64,000 nt of DNA from Mobula hypostoma (lineage: Eukaryota), in contig NC_086108.1 of assembly GCF_963921235.1 (NCBI RefSeq), positions 83,578,001 to 83,642,000 of the forward strand, in the 5' to 3' direction. Of the stretch, positions 12,248 through 24,878 are shown in pieces. Made by a program: the position numbers and the translations under genes. The notes beneath the pieces are model-generated. The model did not search any database. It was not told where the DNA came from and worked only from the letters and a program-made list of their open reading frames with translations. Position 1 is the first letter of the stretch. Each line of letters opens with the position of its first letter.

Positions 12248-13268
12248 AAGAAAGAGGTGACCAGTGGTGTGCCTCAGGGATCTGTTCTGGGACCCCTACT
12301 CTTTGCGATTTTTATAAATGACCTGGATGAGGAAGTGGAGGGATGGGTTAGTAAATTTGCTGAATGCACAAAGGTTGGGGGTGTTGTGGATAGTGTGGAG
12401 GACTGTCAGAGGTTACAATGGGTCATTAATAGGATGCAAAACTGGGCTGAGAAGTGGCAGATGGATTTCAACCCAGATAAGTGAGGTGGTTCATTTGGTA
12501 GGTCAAATATGATGGCAGAATATAGCATTAATGTTAAGACTTTTGGCAGTGTGGAGGATCAGAGGGATCTTGGGGTCCGAGTCCACAGGACACTCAAAGC
12601 TGCGACGCAGTTTGACTCTGTGGTTAAGAAGGCATTCGGTGCATTGGCCTTCATCAGTCGTGGGATTGAGTTTAAGAGCCAAGAGGTAATGTTGCAGCTA
12701 TATAGGACCCTGGTCAGACCCCACTTGGAGTACTGTGCTCAATTCTAGTTGCCTCACTATAGGAAGGATGTGGAAACCATAGAAAGGATGCAGAGGAGAT
12801 TTACAAGGATGTTGCCTGGATTGGAGAGCATGCCTTATGAGAATAGGTTGAGTGAACTCGGCCTTTTCTCCTTGAAGTGACGGAGGATGAGAGGTGACCT
12901 GATAGAGGGGTACAAGATAATGACAGGCATTAATCGTGTGGATAATCAAAGGCTTTTCCTAGGGCTGAAATGGCTAGCATGAGGGGAATTAGTTTTAAAG
13001 CGCTTGGAAGCGGGTACAGAGGAGATGTCAGGGTAAGTTTTTTAAAAAATATACGCAGAGAGTGAGGAGTGCATGGAATTGGCTGCCGGCAGCGGTGGTG
13101 GGGGCGGAAATGATAGGGTCTTTTAAGAGAGTCCTGGATGGCTACATGGAGCTTAGAAAAATAGAGGGCTATGGGTAAAGCCTAGGTAGTTCTAAGGTAG
13201 GGACATGTTCGGCACAGCTTTGCGGGCCGAAGGGCCTGTATTGTGTCGTATGTTTTCTATGTTTCTAA
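12248..13268 (+). mobile_element. CR1 LINE, 5'-truncated
   Basis: SGVPQGSVLGPLLF..INDLD, LYRTLVRPHLEYC; tail ttctatgtttcta. Confidence 0.92.
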
Positions 13269-14049
13269 TCAGCTATCTTAATTTCTGTGCAGCACTTCCA
13301 TTTACAGAGCTTCACTTGTTGAAATTAATCAAGTATAAAATATTTGGACCGTAGATTTGTAATGACAACATTTCATATTTCTTTAAGATAGGAGGCTATT
13401 GAGCATCAAATCTACATTGGTTCTCAGTGCAATCCCCATTCCCCCATTAGATGTTGCTGCACCCCACTTTCCCTGCATTTCCATCAACTCACTCCAGATT
13501 TTATTTCCCACCTGTTTACTAGGGGCAATACTGACTTATTAATCTACCGATGTGCACATTCTCGTGGTCACAAGAAAGTTTGCTAACTCCGCACAGAGAA
13601 CACAGGAAGTCAGAAATGAATCCAGTCACTGTGGCTATGAGGCAGCTCAGCACAAGACAAAACCTGTAATTAATTTTGCAATCCTTCCTCACAGACAACA
13701 GGGAAAGGATAAGCCTAGCCTGGATTTCAGATCTCTGACAATGACACTCTCCCACCCCAGACTAGTCTATGCTATTCTTCATTTGACAGATTCCTGTCAG
13801 GAAAATGCTAATTCAGCTAGAGAGAGCAAGAGATAAGATTTGAGACTAGAAGAGGGAATAAAATGATCTTCAGAAATGCATTGGATGATATTTGCACTCT
13901 GAATAACCTCAATATTTCCAGGCTCTCTATCCCCAGCCCTAGAAGAAGTTAATTCTTTATATTTCATTTATTCAGACTCACAACCCTGACTTGAAAAATC
14001 ACAATATTTTTTGTAAAGAAAAGGTCTGCCTCTACACCCATTAAATTAC

Positions 14050-14179
14050 CAGCACTTCCAGTGAAGAAGACATTCTTTCCTTTAAGGACCATGGCAAGGA
14101 CGTGTGATTGTTCCTTTGAGAGCCTCCTTCCCACTGGCATTGACAAGATGGGCTTTTTGGTGGGTTTCAGTTCCGTACT
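14050..14179 (-). CDS. PIF1: PIF1 exon 3 (up to Walker A: NVFFTGSAG)
   Basis: ctgttgcag|AGT ACG GAA... STELKPTKKPILSMPVGRRLSKEQSHVLAMVLKGKNVFFTGSA G|gtaatt; 130 nt, phase 0 to 1. Confidence 0.93.
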
Positions 14180-16996
14180 CTGCAACAGAACAGTATACAA
14201 CATTTAAAGGATTTTTGGAATTCTCTAGCCCCATCGTCTCTTCACTGACTCACCAAATATAGTAAGCTCAAGTTATCCAGGTATTTGTCTGCAGACACTT
14301 AGAGACAGCAAATGCTTTATCAGCTTGCAATTCTAATACACATCATATAACTTTGCATTGCAAAGAGGGAGAGTGGAGATGTTATGCTGACAAGGAAGGG
14401 TTCATGGCCAAGAAATGATCTTTAAATATTTTGCTTGAAGGACCAGCATTAAGCATTTCCACTTCAGACATGGGAAAAATCAGAGCTCTCGTTCTTTCTA
14501 CATTTTACATTAAAATTAATATACTGATAAAAAAAACAATTTTGTGCTTTTCAAAATGGTAAACCACTTAACCGCAATGACTAAATTGTGCTGCTAGAGC
14601 AACTTTGCTTGTTTGTAAATGGCATGGAATGGCAACACTTAAAAGATAGAGAGCAATGATTTACTTATTATGGAGCCATCTATTATTAACACTAAAACAA
14701 TAGGGCTAGAAATTTCTTATAGTGTTAAAGCATTATTGGCAGTACTCCAACATTGTTTTTAGTGGCATCAAGCAGCTTAGCCTTCAACCATGTGGCTCAC
14801 ACTGAGTTTCTCTGTGTAACATTATACTGTGTCAGTTTGTGAGGTGCTGCTACGTGGACCTATTGCAAAATATTGTAACTGTCAGAATTTAAACTAGCAG
14901 TTTCAATGTTAGCAAGCAGCTGTTAAATGGGTGTACCTAAAGCAGCTACTGAGATGTCTGATTCTGCAGTAACAGGAGGAGAGCAAGAGGATGCTCATAG
15001 ATATTCTGAAAGACCTTGAAAAGCTGAGGAATGGTACCCACAGAAGGTACTTCTATTGAATACAGAGCTCACAAAGGCACTCAGGAATACAGCTCCTGGA
15101 AATCGCCGGGGAGGTCTCTACAGGAATAATACAACGTGGCTGCAATTTATGAAAGTCAGCAGTTCAGTGGAGCCTACAAATCGGGTGGTTGCCCTGCCCA
15201 CCCTGTCTGCTCCAGATGAAAACATAGATGAAATATCTTCTCATCGTGTGTGGAGTTTATGTGAGCTCTTCAAAGCACAAGAAGCAAACTGGGAGAGGTG
15301 ACCAGAGATCAGTAGCAGCAGACTGCACCAATTCCAAGGCTAGGAAGTGGGAGGTGTCCAGGACCTGACCTATAAGGTCAATGTGGTCCAGGCACTGCAG
15401 TAACAGTGGTCCTGCAACATCAGATTTGCAGAGCAATAATTGATACCGCAGGAGATCCCTGGTCATGCTGACAAAAAAAGAATGCAGTTTGAATATTAGT
15501 CCCTTAAATATCACTGTTAAAAGGAAAGCAAGGTTAATAAAAGTTAATTAGTCTGTAAGCATATGTCATGTTTCAGACAGGCAAAGTCAAAGAATGAGAT
15601 TGGTAATTTACTTTGGTATTACAGAATTGATATCACTTGCAGTTTTCTCAGGGAAAAAAATGGTGAAACTGCAAAGAAAATCCAACTCTCAATGAAAGCA
15701 ACATTTACTGTGTGATCATCTGTTGCAAGAACTAATATAAATTTCCCCATTAGGTGCTAAAGCACCTAGAAATGTGTACAATATTGTTCTACAGATTAAG
15801 CAGATGTACAACTGTGTGAAGAAGTTTCCTGCCCGTTGAGTCTGGATAAACTGTAGGCCAGCCAGCAACACCATAAGATTTTACCTGTCAATGACCCCTG
15901 TCTCTGATACACTCCAATATTTAAGACAATCCATCTAATACTAGGTATTCACTTAACTACCAGCTCAACGTGGGCCACACAGAGTCAACTGAGTTTGTAG
16001 CAGAGGAAGATGCTGAGTCCAACCCCCAGGCCAAAATGGGCATATTCATTGGATAAAGGGACATTATACAGTAATTTTCTTCCAAATGGTAAGTATTAAC
16101 TGCTCTGAAAAGTAGGATCAGCAAGCTTTTCAAAAATCACACTTGATAGATTCATGTTTGTTATAAGCATCAAAGCGTATGCTGGGTAAAGTGAATTCTT
16201 ATGTAGAAGAACATAGAAACATAGAAAACCTACAGCACAATACAGGCCCTTTGGCCCACAAAGTTGTGCCAAACATGTCCCTACCTTAGAAATTACTAGG
16301 CTTATCTATAGCCCTCAATTTTACTAAGCTCCATGTACCTATCTAAACGTCTCTTAGAAGACCCTATCATATCTGCCTCCACCACCGTTGCCGGCAGCCC
16401 ACTCCACGCACTTACCACTCTGAGTAAAAAAACTTGCCCCTGACATCTCCTCTGTACCTATTCCCCTGCACCTTAAACCTGTGTCCTCTTGTGGCAACCA
16501 TTTCAGCCCTGGGAAAAAGCCTTTGACTATCCACACAATCAATTCCTCTCATCATCTTATACACCTCTATCCAGTCACCTCTCATCCTCTGTTGCTCCAA
16601 GGAGAAAAGGCCGAGTTCACTCAACCTATTCTCATAAGGCATGCTCTCCAATCCAGGCAACATCCTTGTAAATCTTCTCTGCACCCTTTCTATGGCTTCC
16701 ACATCCTTCCTGTAGTGAGGCGACCAGAACTGAGCACAGTACTCCAAGTGGGATCTGACCAGGGTCCTATATAGCTGCAACATTACCTCTCAGCTCCTAA
16801 ATTCAATTCCATGATTGATGAAGGCCAATACACTGTACGCCTCCTTAACCACAGAGTCAACCTGCACAGTTGCTTTGAGCATTCTATGGACTCAGACCCC
16901 AAGATCTCTCTGATCCTCCACACTGCCAAGAGTCTTACCATTATTACTATATTCTCCCATCATATTTACCTACCAAAATGAACCACCTCACACTTA

Positions 16997-17535
16997 CTGT
17001 GGCATACAAAAGTTTGGGCACTCCTGGTCAAAATTTCTGTTACTGTGAATAGCTAAGTGAGTAAAAGATGAACTGATTTCCAAAAGGCATAAAGTTAAAG
17101 ATGACACATTTCTTTAATATTTCAAACCTTTTTTATTTCCATCTTTTACAGTTTCAAAATAACAAAAAAGGAAAAGGGCCCGAAGCAAACGTTTGGGCAC
17201 CCAGCATGGCAGTACTTAGTAACACCCCCTTTGGCAAGTATCACAGCTTGTAAACGCTTTTTGTAGCCAGCTAAGAGTCTTTCAGTTCTTGTTTGGGGGG
17301 GATTTTCGCCCATTCTTCCTGGCAAAAGGATTCTAGTTCTGTGAGGTACTTGGGCCGTCTTGCATGCACTGCTCTTTTGAGGTCTATCCACAGATTTTCA
17401 ATGATGTTTAGGTCGGGGGACTGTGAGAGCCATGGCAAAACCTTCAGTTTGCACCTCTTGAGGTAGTCCATTATGGATTTTGAGGTGTGTTTAGGTTCAT
17501 TATCCTGTTGTAGAAGCCATCCTCTTTTCATCTTT

Positions 17536-17623
<88 letters not shown>

Positions 17624-18668
17624 ACTTCCAGAATTTGCTGGTATTTAATTGAATTCATTCTTTCCTCTACCAAATGTTCCCCGTGCCACTGACTGCAACA
17701 CAAGCCCAAAGCATGATCGATCCACCCCCGTGCTTAACAGTTGGAGAGGGGTTCTTTTCATGAAATTCTTCACCCTTTTTTCTCCAAACATACCTTTGCT
17801 CATTGCAGCCAAAAAGTTCTACTCAAAAGGTTCAAAGGGACATCTAAACAAGCCTGATGCATTTTGGAAGCAAGTCCTGTGGACTGATGAAGTTAAAATA
17901 GAACTTTTTGGCTGCAATGAGCAAAGGTATGTTTGGAGAAAAAAGGGTGCAGAATTTCATGAAAAGAACCCCTCTCCAACTGTTAAGCACGGGGGTGGAT
18001 CGATCATGCTTTAGGCTTGTGTTGCAGCCAGTGGCATGGGGAACATTTGGTAGAGGAAAGAATGAATTCAATTAAATACCAGCAAATTCTGGAAGCAAAC
18101 ATCACACCGTCTGTAAAAAAGCCGAAGATGAAAAGAGGATGGCTTCTACAACAGGATAATGATCCTAAACACACCTCAAAATCCACAATGGACTACCTCA
18201 AGAGGTGCAAGCTGAAGGTTTTGCCATGGCCCTCACAGTCCCCTGACCTAAACATCATCGAGAATCTGTGGACAGACCTCAAAAGAGCAGTGCATGCAAG
18301 ACAGCCCAAGAATCTCACAGAACTAGAATCCTTTTGCCAGGAAGAATGGGTGAAAATCCCCCAAACAAGAATTGAAAGACTCTTAGCTGGCTACAAAAAG
18401 CATTTACAAGCTGTGATACCTGCCAAAGGGGGCGTTACTAAGTACTGACCATGCAGGGTGCCCAAACTTTTGCTTTGGGCCCTTTTCCTTTTTTGATATT
18501 TTGAAACTGTAAAAGATGGAAATAAAAACACTTTCTTGTTTAAAATATTAAAGAAATGTGTCATCTTTAACTTTATGCCTTTTGGAAATTAGTTCATCTT
18601 TCACTCGCTTAGCTATTCACAGCAACAGAAATTTTGACCAGGGGTACCCAAACTTTTGCATGCCACTG
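16997..18668. mobile_element. Palindromic (fold-back) Tc1 derivative, DD34E type, IR/DR ends, TA TSD
   Basis: TA at 16995-16996 and 18669-18670; arms 16997-17821 and 17899-18668 are reverse complements and each carries the QQDN..KH...PDLNIIENLW region; WTDE lies in the spacer. Confidence 0.9.
17538..17621 (+). repeat. (CA)n microsatellite
   Basis: About 42 perfect AC units within the left Tc1 arm. Confidence 0.98.
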
Positions 18669-18807
18669 TATCTGGGTTGAACTCCATCTGCCACTTCTCA
18701 GCCCAGTTTTGCATCCTATCAATGTCCCGCTGTAACCTCTGACAGCCCTCCACACTATCCACAACACCTCCAACTTTTGTGTCATCAGCAAACTTACTAA
18801 CCCATCC

Positions 18808-18909
18808 TTCAGTTAGTCCTGACGAAGGGTCTCAGCCCGAAACGTCGACTGTACCCCTTCCTAGAGATGCTGCCTGGCCTGCTGCGTTCACCAGCAACTT
18901 TGATGTGTG
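18808..18909 (+). ncRNA. Minimal type I hammerhead ribozyme motif in a 102-bp Penelope pseudo-LTR insertion
   Basis: agtc-CTGACGA-A-gggtctcagccc-GAAA-cgTC^gact (predicted cleavage 18846/18847); 14-bp TSD ttactaacccatcc at 18794-18807 and 18910-18923. Confidence 0.75.
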
Positions 18910-19932
18910 TTACTAACCCATCCCTCCACTTCCTCATCCAGGTCATTTATAAAAAAGAAAATCACAAAGAGTAATGTCCCAGAACAGATCCCCGAGGCAC
19001 CCCACTGGTGACTGACCTCCATGCAGAATATGACCTGTCTACAACCACTCTTTGCCTTCTGTGGGCAAGCCAGTTCTGAATCCACAAAGCAATGTCCCCT
19101 TGGATCCCATGCCTTCTTACTTTCTCAATAAGCCTTGCATGGGGTACCTTATCAAATGCCTTGCTGAAATCCATATACACTACATCTACTGCTCTTCCTT
19201 CATCAATGTGTTTAGTCACATCCTCAAAAAATTCAATTAGGCTCGTAAGGCACGACCTGCCCTTGGCAAAGCCATGCTGACTACTGCTAATCATATTATG
19301 CCTCTCCAAATGTTCATATATCCTGCCTTTCAGGATCTTGTCCATCAACTTACCATCCACTGTGGTAAGACTCACTGCTCTACAATTTCCTGGGCTATCT
19401 CTACTCCCTTTCTTGAACAAAGGAACAACATTGACAACCCTCCAATCCTCCGGAACCTCTCCCGACCTATTGATGATGCAAAGATCATCGCCAGAGGATC
19501 AGCAATCTCTTCCCTCGCCTCCCACAGTAGCCTGGAGCACATCTCATCCGGTCCCGGTAACTTATCCAATTTGATGCTTTTACGTTGGAGAAGAAGTAGT
19601 TATAGGGCTGATCTGGTTCCTGGCCATTCCAGCACACTTCAATCGGAATGATTATACGAGTAAGAGAAAAAAAAAAGTGTTTTTTTTTAAAAACCTACTT
19701 TTCTCTCAGTACATGTGAAAAAGCCTCAGCTTTTAAATATTCAATAGTGGCTATATAAGTTGAATTTAAATGCAGTCAAAACTGGTATGATCAGTCCACA
19801 TTAGGGCCTCCTGGCTAATCATCAAAAGATGAACAGCCTTTCTATTAAAGAATAAAACATCCCTGCAATTAAGTTTTAAAAGTTGTTTCCCATCTATATG
19901 CGGTTCCAGAATGAATAATTTATAAAACTTTA

Positions 19933-20629
19933 TGTAGCCCCCCTGGCCACCCTCAGGGTCGCTCGGCTCGCTGTCGTCTAGGGAAACAGCCTCGGCCCCG
20001 GCAAACTGGGTAATTAGTTTGTGTGGATGCTGTGTGAGGTACCCCAACCCACCCAAATAACAGACAATACACCAGATGCAATTAAATGATATACAGTTTA
20101 TAGATATTACTGGAACTATATAATTAAAAGAGAATAAAATATAAAAGGAAAATAAAAGGCGCCACACTTATCAAAGTTCAATCTCTTCATGCACAAACAC
20201 CGTTGGAGCTCAAGGACCTTCTTCTTCACCCTGCAACCCCCTCGGACCACCTCGACCGGCCGCCTGGGACCAACAACGGTGGTCAACCAGACGCTCCACA
20301 CGAATCCGTCTCCGTCTCCTTGCCGAACGTCCCGCTTGGGGTCCGACCCCGTTAGCGGACTCACAGCACCTCGTCCATCCTCTGTCTCGCTCTCCCGCCT
20401 TCTGCCCCCAAAACCCCCTCGCAAACAGTATCTTCAAATACACCAAAACCATAACAACTATCCCAATTGGTTAATAACGTATTTCTTATCACCCTCTAAA
20501 CCACAACAAGCTGCTAGCGCAAACTTTCTCAGCGTTTAAGACAACAAAACCGCATTCCCCAGATTAACATAACAAAGACGCCATTTTAATTAGCCTCCGC
20601 TGTAACATAAAAATCGAAACCCCCTTACA
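19933..20629. mobile_element. Solo LTR (Gypsy-like)
   Basis: TGTAG...TTACA termini, 4-bp TSD TTTA on both sides, CpG-rich interior, no internal pol sequence. Confidence 0.75.
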
Positions 20630-21842
20630 TTTATAAAAACAGTCGCAGATGAGTATGTCTCCACAAAATCATTGAGTTTTGCCCAACCAGAAGCCCTGGA
20701 TGAACCATGAGATCTGCAATCTGCTGAGGGCCAGATCAGTGGGATCCGGTCTGGTGACCAAATCACACTCAAGAAGTCCAGGTACTATCTCCACAGTGCC
20801 ATCTCATGAGTGAAGTCCATTCCAGACTAGACTTGAATCACTGAAGGTTGCTCAACAGCTGTAGCAGAACTTGAATGCTATTACCTCTTACAAAGTGTAA
20901 GCAAATGACATAAGTGTCAACAGGGCTTCACTCTCAGATTAGCTCAGCGCCTTCTACACTTGCTTTGACTGTCAAAACAAGGAGGATCCTTCCTGAACTC
21001 CCACAGCCCCTGGTGATCCTGTGATTTCAGTCTGAGGCAGACATGAGAGCAGCCTTTAGGAGGGTGAACTTACAGAAAGCATCTGACCCAGGCAGGGTAC
21101 CTGGCTGAGTCTGAAGACCTCTATTGATCAATTAGCTGGAGTGTTCCCCAATATCCTTAACCTCTTTGAGATATCCAGCTACTTCAAGCAGACTTCAATT
21201 ATACTGATGCCCAAGAAGAAAACTATCCTGCCTCAGATAACTATCCTGCAGTATCGCTTACATCCACTGTGATGAAGTGTTTTGAGAGGTTGCACTATGG
21301 CCCGGTATGGAAACACCATTGCCCTTGAAAGGAAAATCCTACAAACAGTCATGGATACAGCCCAGTCCATCAGAGGTAAAGCCCACCCCACCACTGAGCA
21401 CTGTTGCAGGCAAGCGGCATCCATCATCAAGGTCACCCACCATCCAGGCTATGCTCTCTTCTCACTGTTGCAAGAATAAGATACAGGAGCCTCAGGACCC
21501 ACACACCATCAGGTTCAGGAACAATTATTACCCCTCTACCATCAGGCTCTTGAATCAGTGGGGATAACTTCACTTGCCCCATCACTGAACTGTTCCCACA
21601 GCCTATTAACTTAATTTCAAGGTTTCTTCATCTTATGTTCTTAACATTTAATGCTCATTTATTATTACTACATTTTTCTTCTCTTTTGTATTTGCAGTTT
21701 GTTGTCTTTTGCATATTGCATATGTGTGGCCTTTCACTGATTCTATTACATTTCTTGGACTTACTGTGTATGCCCACAAGAAATCAAATCGCTGGGTTGT
21801 ATATGGTGACATGTGTACTTTGACAATAAATTTACTTTGAAC
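20630..21842 (+). mobile_element. Rex-Babar type LINE, degraded and internally deleted
   Basis: Remnants of QKPWMN, KASDPGRVPG, LTSTVMKCFER and a C-terminal ASIIKVTHHPG; ends aataaatttactttgaac. Confidence 0.75.
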
Positions 21843-22094
21843 AAGATAGATGGGCAAACCGTCAACGCGGCCCCACTTACAATTACAAGGAGACAGATAT
21901 ATGGGAGCCACAAAGGGAGACTATACAAATACTTTCTCCTCAGTAAAAGAAACATTCAGTTTGATTAAAACCCATTTGTTGACAATCTACCTGGCATGAG
22001 AAAGCACTATAATATACCACAGCTCCCGCATCACTCATCCAGTCAACCATCTGTTGTATTCCTAATGGCATTTTGTCCTGAAATCAAAAACTAA

Positions 22095-22290
22095 GTAGAA
22101 AACATAGAAATGTATTGCACAACCACAGGCTCTTTGGCCCACAGTGACATGTCAACTTATCTGCCTGCACATGACCCATATCATTCCATTCCCTGTATGT
22201 TCTTTTGCCTGTCTAAATGCCTCTTAATCGACACCACTTCACCACCACCCCTGGTAGCATGCTCTAGGCACCTATTATTCTGTGTGTAAA
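22095..22290 (-). mobile_element. CR1 3' end fragment
   Basis: Tail tagaaaacatagaa plus the CR1 3' UTR motif ggcccacag, just downstream of the exon 2 donor. Confidence 0.6.
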
Positions 22291-22317
22291 AGAAATGAGG
22301 AGGAAAAGATTACAAAC

Positions 22318-22881
22318 CAGGCAGTTTTCTGATGAATTTGTCCTTGACCGCTTGATCTGCTTGTTTGGACCAGTGTTACCCATTTGATTCTTCAGTCCTT
22401 TCGTAGAAGTTGGTGACTGCACATTGCCCTGCAATGGACGCTTATTCGCTCTTTCAACGTCCTGCACCTGCACAGGGCTAATTGTGTCAAAAGTGCGTGG
22501 AAGGGTGGAGAGCAGTCGAGTTCGATCACTGACTGGCTTGCTGATCTTCTTCTCTGCAGCATATTTAATGGATAACGTTTTGAAAAGTATTTTCAGTTTG
22601 TCCGGTGGGCAGTTCGAAATTAGTATCTGAATATTTTCAGGCATCAGTTTGACAGTACTTTTCCCATCCCGAATGAAGCGGGTAAAAAGCTGGATTTCAC
22701 GCAAGACAAAAGTTTGTGACAATTTCCCATCATTCACAAGAAGAACAAGCTCTCGAAATTCATTGCGCCCAAGGGTGACACTGGCATTATGGATATTTTT
22801 GCGTTTGGTAGCTTGACCAGCCTGATTGAGGTATTCCACTGTGACACTGCACTGGACCTCCACACCTGAAGCAGGGAACAT
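22318..22881 (-). CDS. PIF1: PIF1 helicase, first coding exon (exon 2; N-terminal PINT/PH-like domain)
   Basis: Translates MFPASGVEVQCSVTVEYL...LGRNEFRELVL...RFIRDGKSTV...SNCPPDKL, resembling the vertebrate PIF1 N-terminus. Acceptor tttctgcag puts the exon start at 22900; donor CTG|gtttgt at 22317; 564 coding nt, phase 0. Confidence 0.92.
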
Positions 22882-24878
22882 GCTACCCCAGAGACAAAAG
22901 CTGCAGAAATTAGAAATAAAACTTAGTTACCAGATCATAGAGAGTTACAGCATGAAAACAGGTTCTTTGCCTACTGGGTGTACAAAACTGTATTTGAGCC
23001 ATTTACACTAATCCTGTGTTATACTCTTCACATCCTCATGAACACCCACCAGATTCTACACACTAGTGACAATTCATAGTGATTATTTAACCAGCCAACC
23101 CACGTACATTTGAGATGTGGAAGGAAAACAGGAACACAGAGGTGTGATGGTATTGGGTATGCTGGCATTTGCTGAAGGCTCTAAACTCAAAGATCTTAAG
23201 CCTTACCGGATATAAATAGCCACAAATACTCTAACCAAGGGAGATAATACTGTAACTACCTAATCTTCAAAGACTAGTTTACTTCCCTGTTTATTCTCCA
23301 TGGCAAGTTTTAGCTGCCAATACCCACCGTTTGAGCAGTGGGTCCCTCCTGCTTACTAAGGAGACAATATTTCCAGCTAACAAAATGTTTAAAACAGTTC
23401 ATTTATTTTCAGTGATACACATTTGAATTCAAACATTCTCAAAGCACGTTTAAAACTCAAAAGGACATCTATCTTAAAAGTTTGTTTCCCAATTAGAAAC
23501 TGTTTCTAAAACACAAAGCATTTCTTAAACTCAAAGGATTTCAAAAGCACAGGTACAATTCCTACAAATTAAAAATACTAGCAAGTCATCTGTTACTGAA
23601 ACCAAAGCCAGAGGAATGGATTCTTCTTGATGAACTTCAACCACTCCTAATAAACCTGAATCGCTCACCATACTTATACCCTTTCTCTACCACTTCAGTA
23701 ACTTCATAGGCATATGATGTTTCCTCAGATGTCCTTTCAACACGGTCTAAAAGCATTTTGGAGACAAGGTTCTTCAGCTACCTACATTTATACTGTAAAG
23801 CTATGAAGCTAACTTCCTTGAGAACATAAAACCTCCCAAATGTAAACACAAATTTATTGATATGCTAAATATCATCTATCTGTTGTGCAAGCTTCTTTGA
23901 ACCAAATAACTTAAAAGTCAGTTTGTCTGTTTGAATCAACCCAAATTAAGGAACCCTTTGTCTTGTACTGCGCAGAAGGACTAATAAAGCAAGTGTAGTA
24001 AGCTAAACTTTACTTCTCCCAAACAGATTGTCTACTACCCACAAAGCTTGTTTGCAAAGTTGGACTTTAGACAACCCTTTTTTTAACTAAAGGTGATTAG
24101 TGCTGACTAATTCTGAAGACCGACTTCCCTTTGCGACCAGAAGTCAAACAACTGATAGCTGGAAGTTTACTTAAATCTGTTTGTGATCCTAGAAGTGGCA
24201 GGTACTGTGTTTAGAAAGCAAGATTAGCTAACAAACAAGAGAAAGGAGTCTACTGGCCAAGAAGTGAATATCCATCACCGAGGAAAGCCACATAGTAAGT
24301 GGGGGTACGTGGAAACTCCACAGCGCGCACCCAGCGTCAGGAAGGAGCTATAGTCTCCGACGCTGCCAGACAGCCCAAACTACACATTATTCCTGTAACA
24401 TTTATTGTTAGAGTAGATCAAACCACATTTCACATTTTCCATACAAGAACGGAAAATATCCTAATAACACTAGTACAACGAGAATTACAATGGCGAAAAC
24501 GGACGGGGGAAAGTCTAAGATTGATAGAGTAAGGGTGAACGAGTGTTTAAACAACTAAATGGTTGATAAGGGAAGCTTGAGCAAGGGAATGGAAGTAATT
24601 AACGTAATAGACATCCTACCGACTGAAATTTACTTCCTGGATCTGAATTGGTTTCTAAGTTTCATTCCTATTTCTAGTTCACCTGCAGTCTGTAGATTTA
24701 GGTGACTGTATACACGCCGGGTAGTTTCTTCTGTTCTTTCTCCATCCTCACAGACTCATGTCAGCTTCCAGCGTTACCCCAGTACAGCTTCACTCCATCA
24801 ACCAGCGGATCTTTGCCGGTGCAACATAGAAAGCTTCAACTTTATTGACGCACTGAGAATAAAGGACAATTCACTTAC

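Larger units (their letters stand above)
16206..19580 (-). mobile_element. CR1 LINE interrupted by a fold-back Tc1 and a hammerhead-bearing insert
   Basis: RT motifs QHGFAKGRSCLT, YMDFSKAFDKVPH, SGVPRGSVLG, RSHLEYC; tail tagaaaca repeats at 16206-16228; CR1 sequence rejoins across 16997-18668 and 18808-18923. Confidence 0.92.

Noticed and set aside
17271..17709. ORFs with long CVCVCV runs
   Set aside because: Translation of the (CA)n microsatellite fused to dead transposase sequence.
22264..22317. C-terminal extension of the 205-aa ORF (VCNLFLLISFTHRIIGA)
   Set aside because: Intronic read-through past the exon 2 donor into a CR1 remnant.
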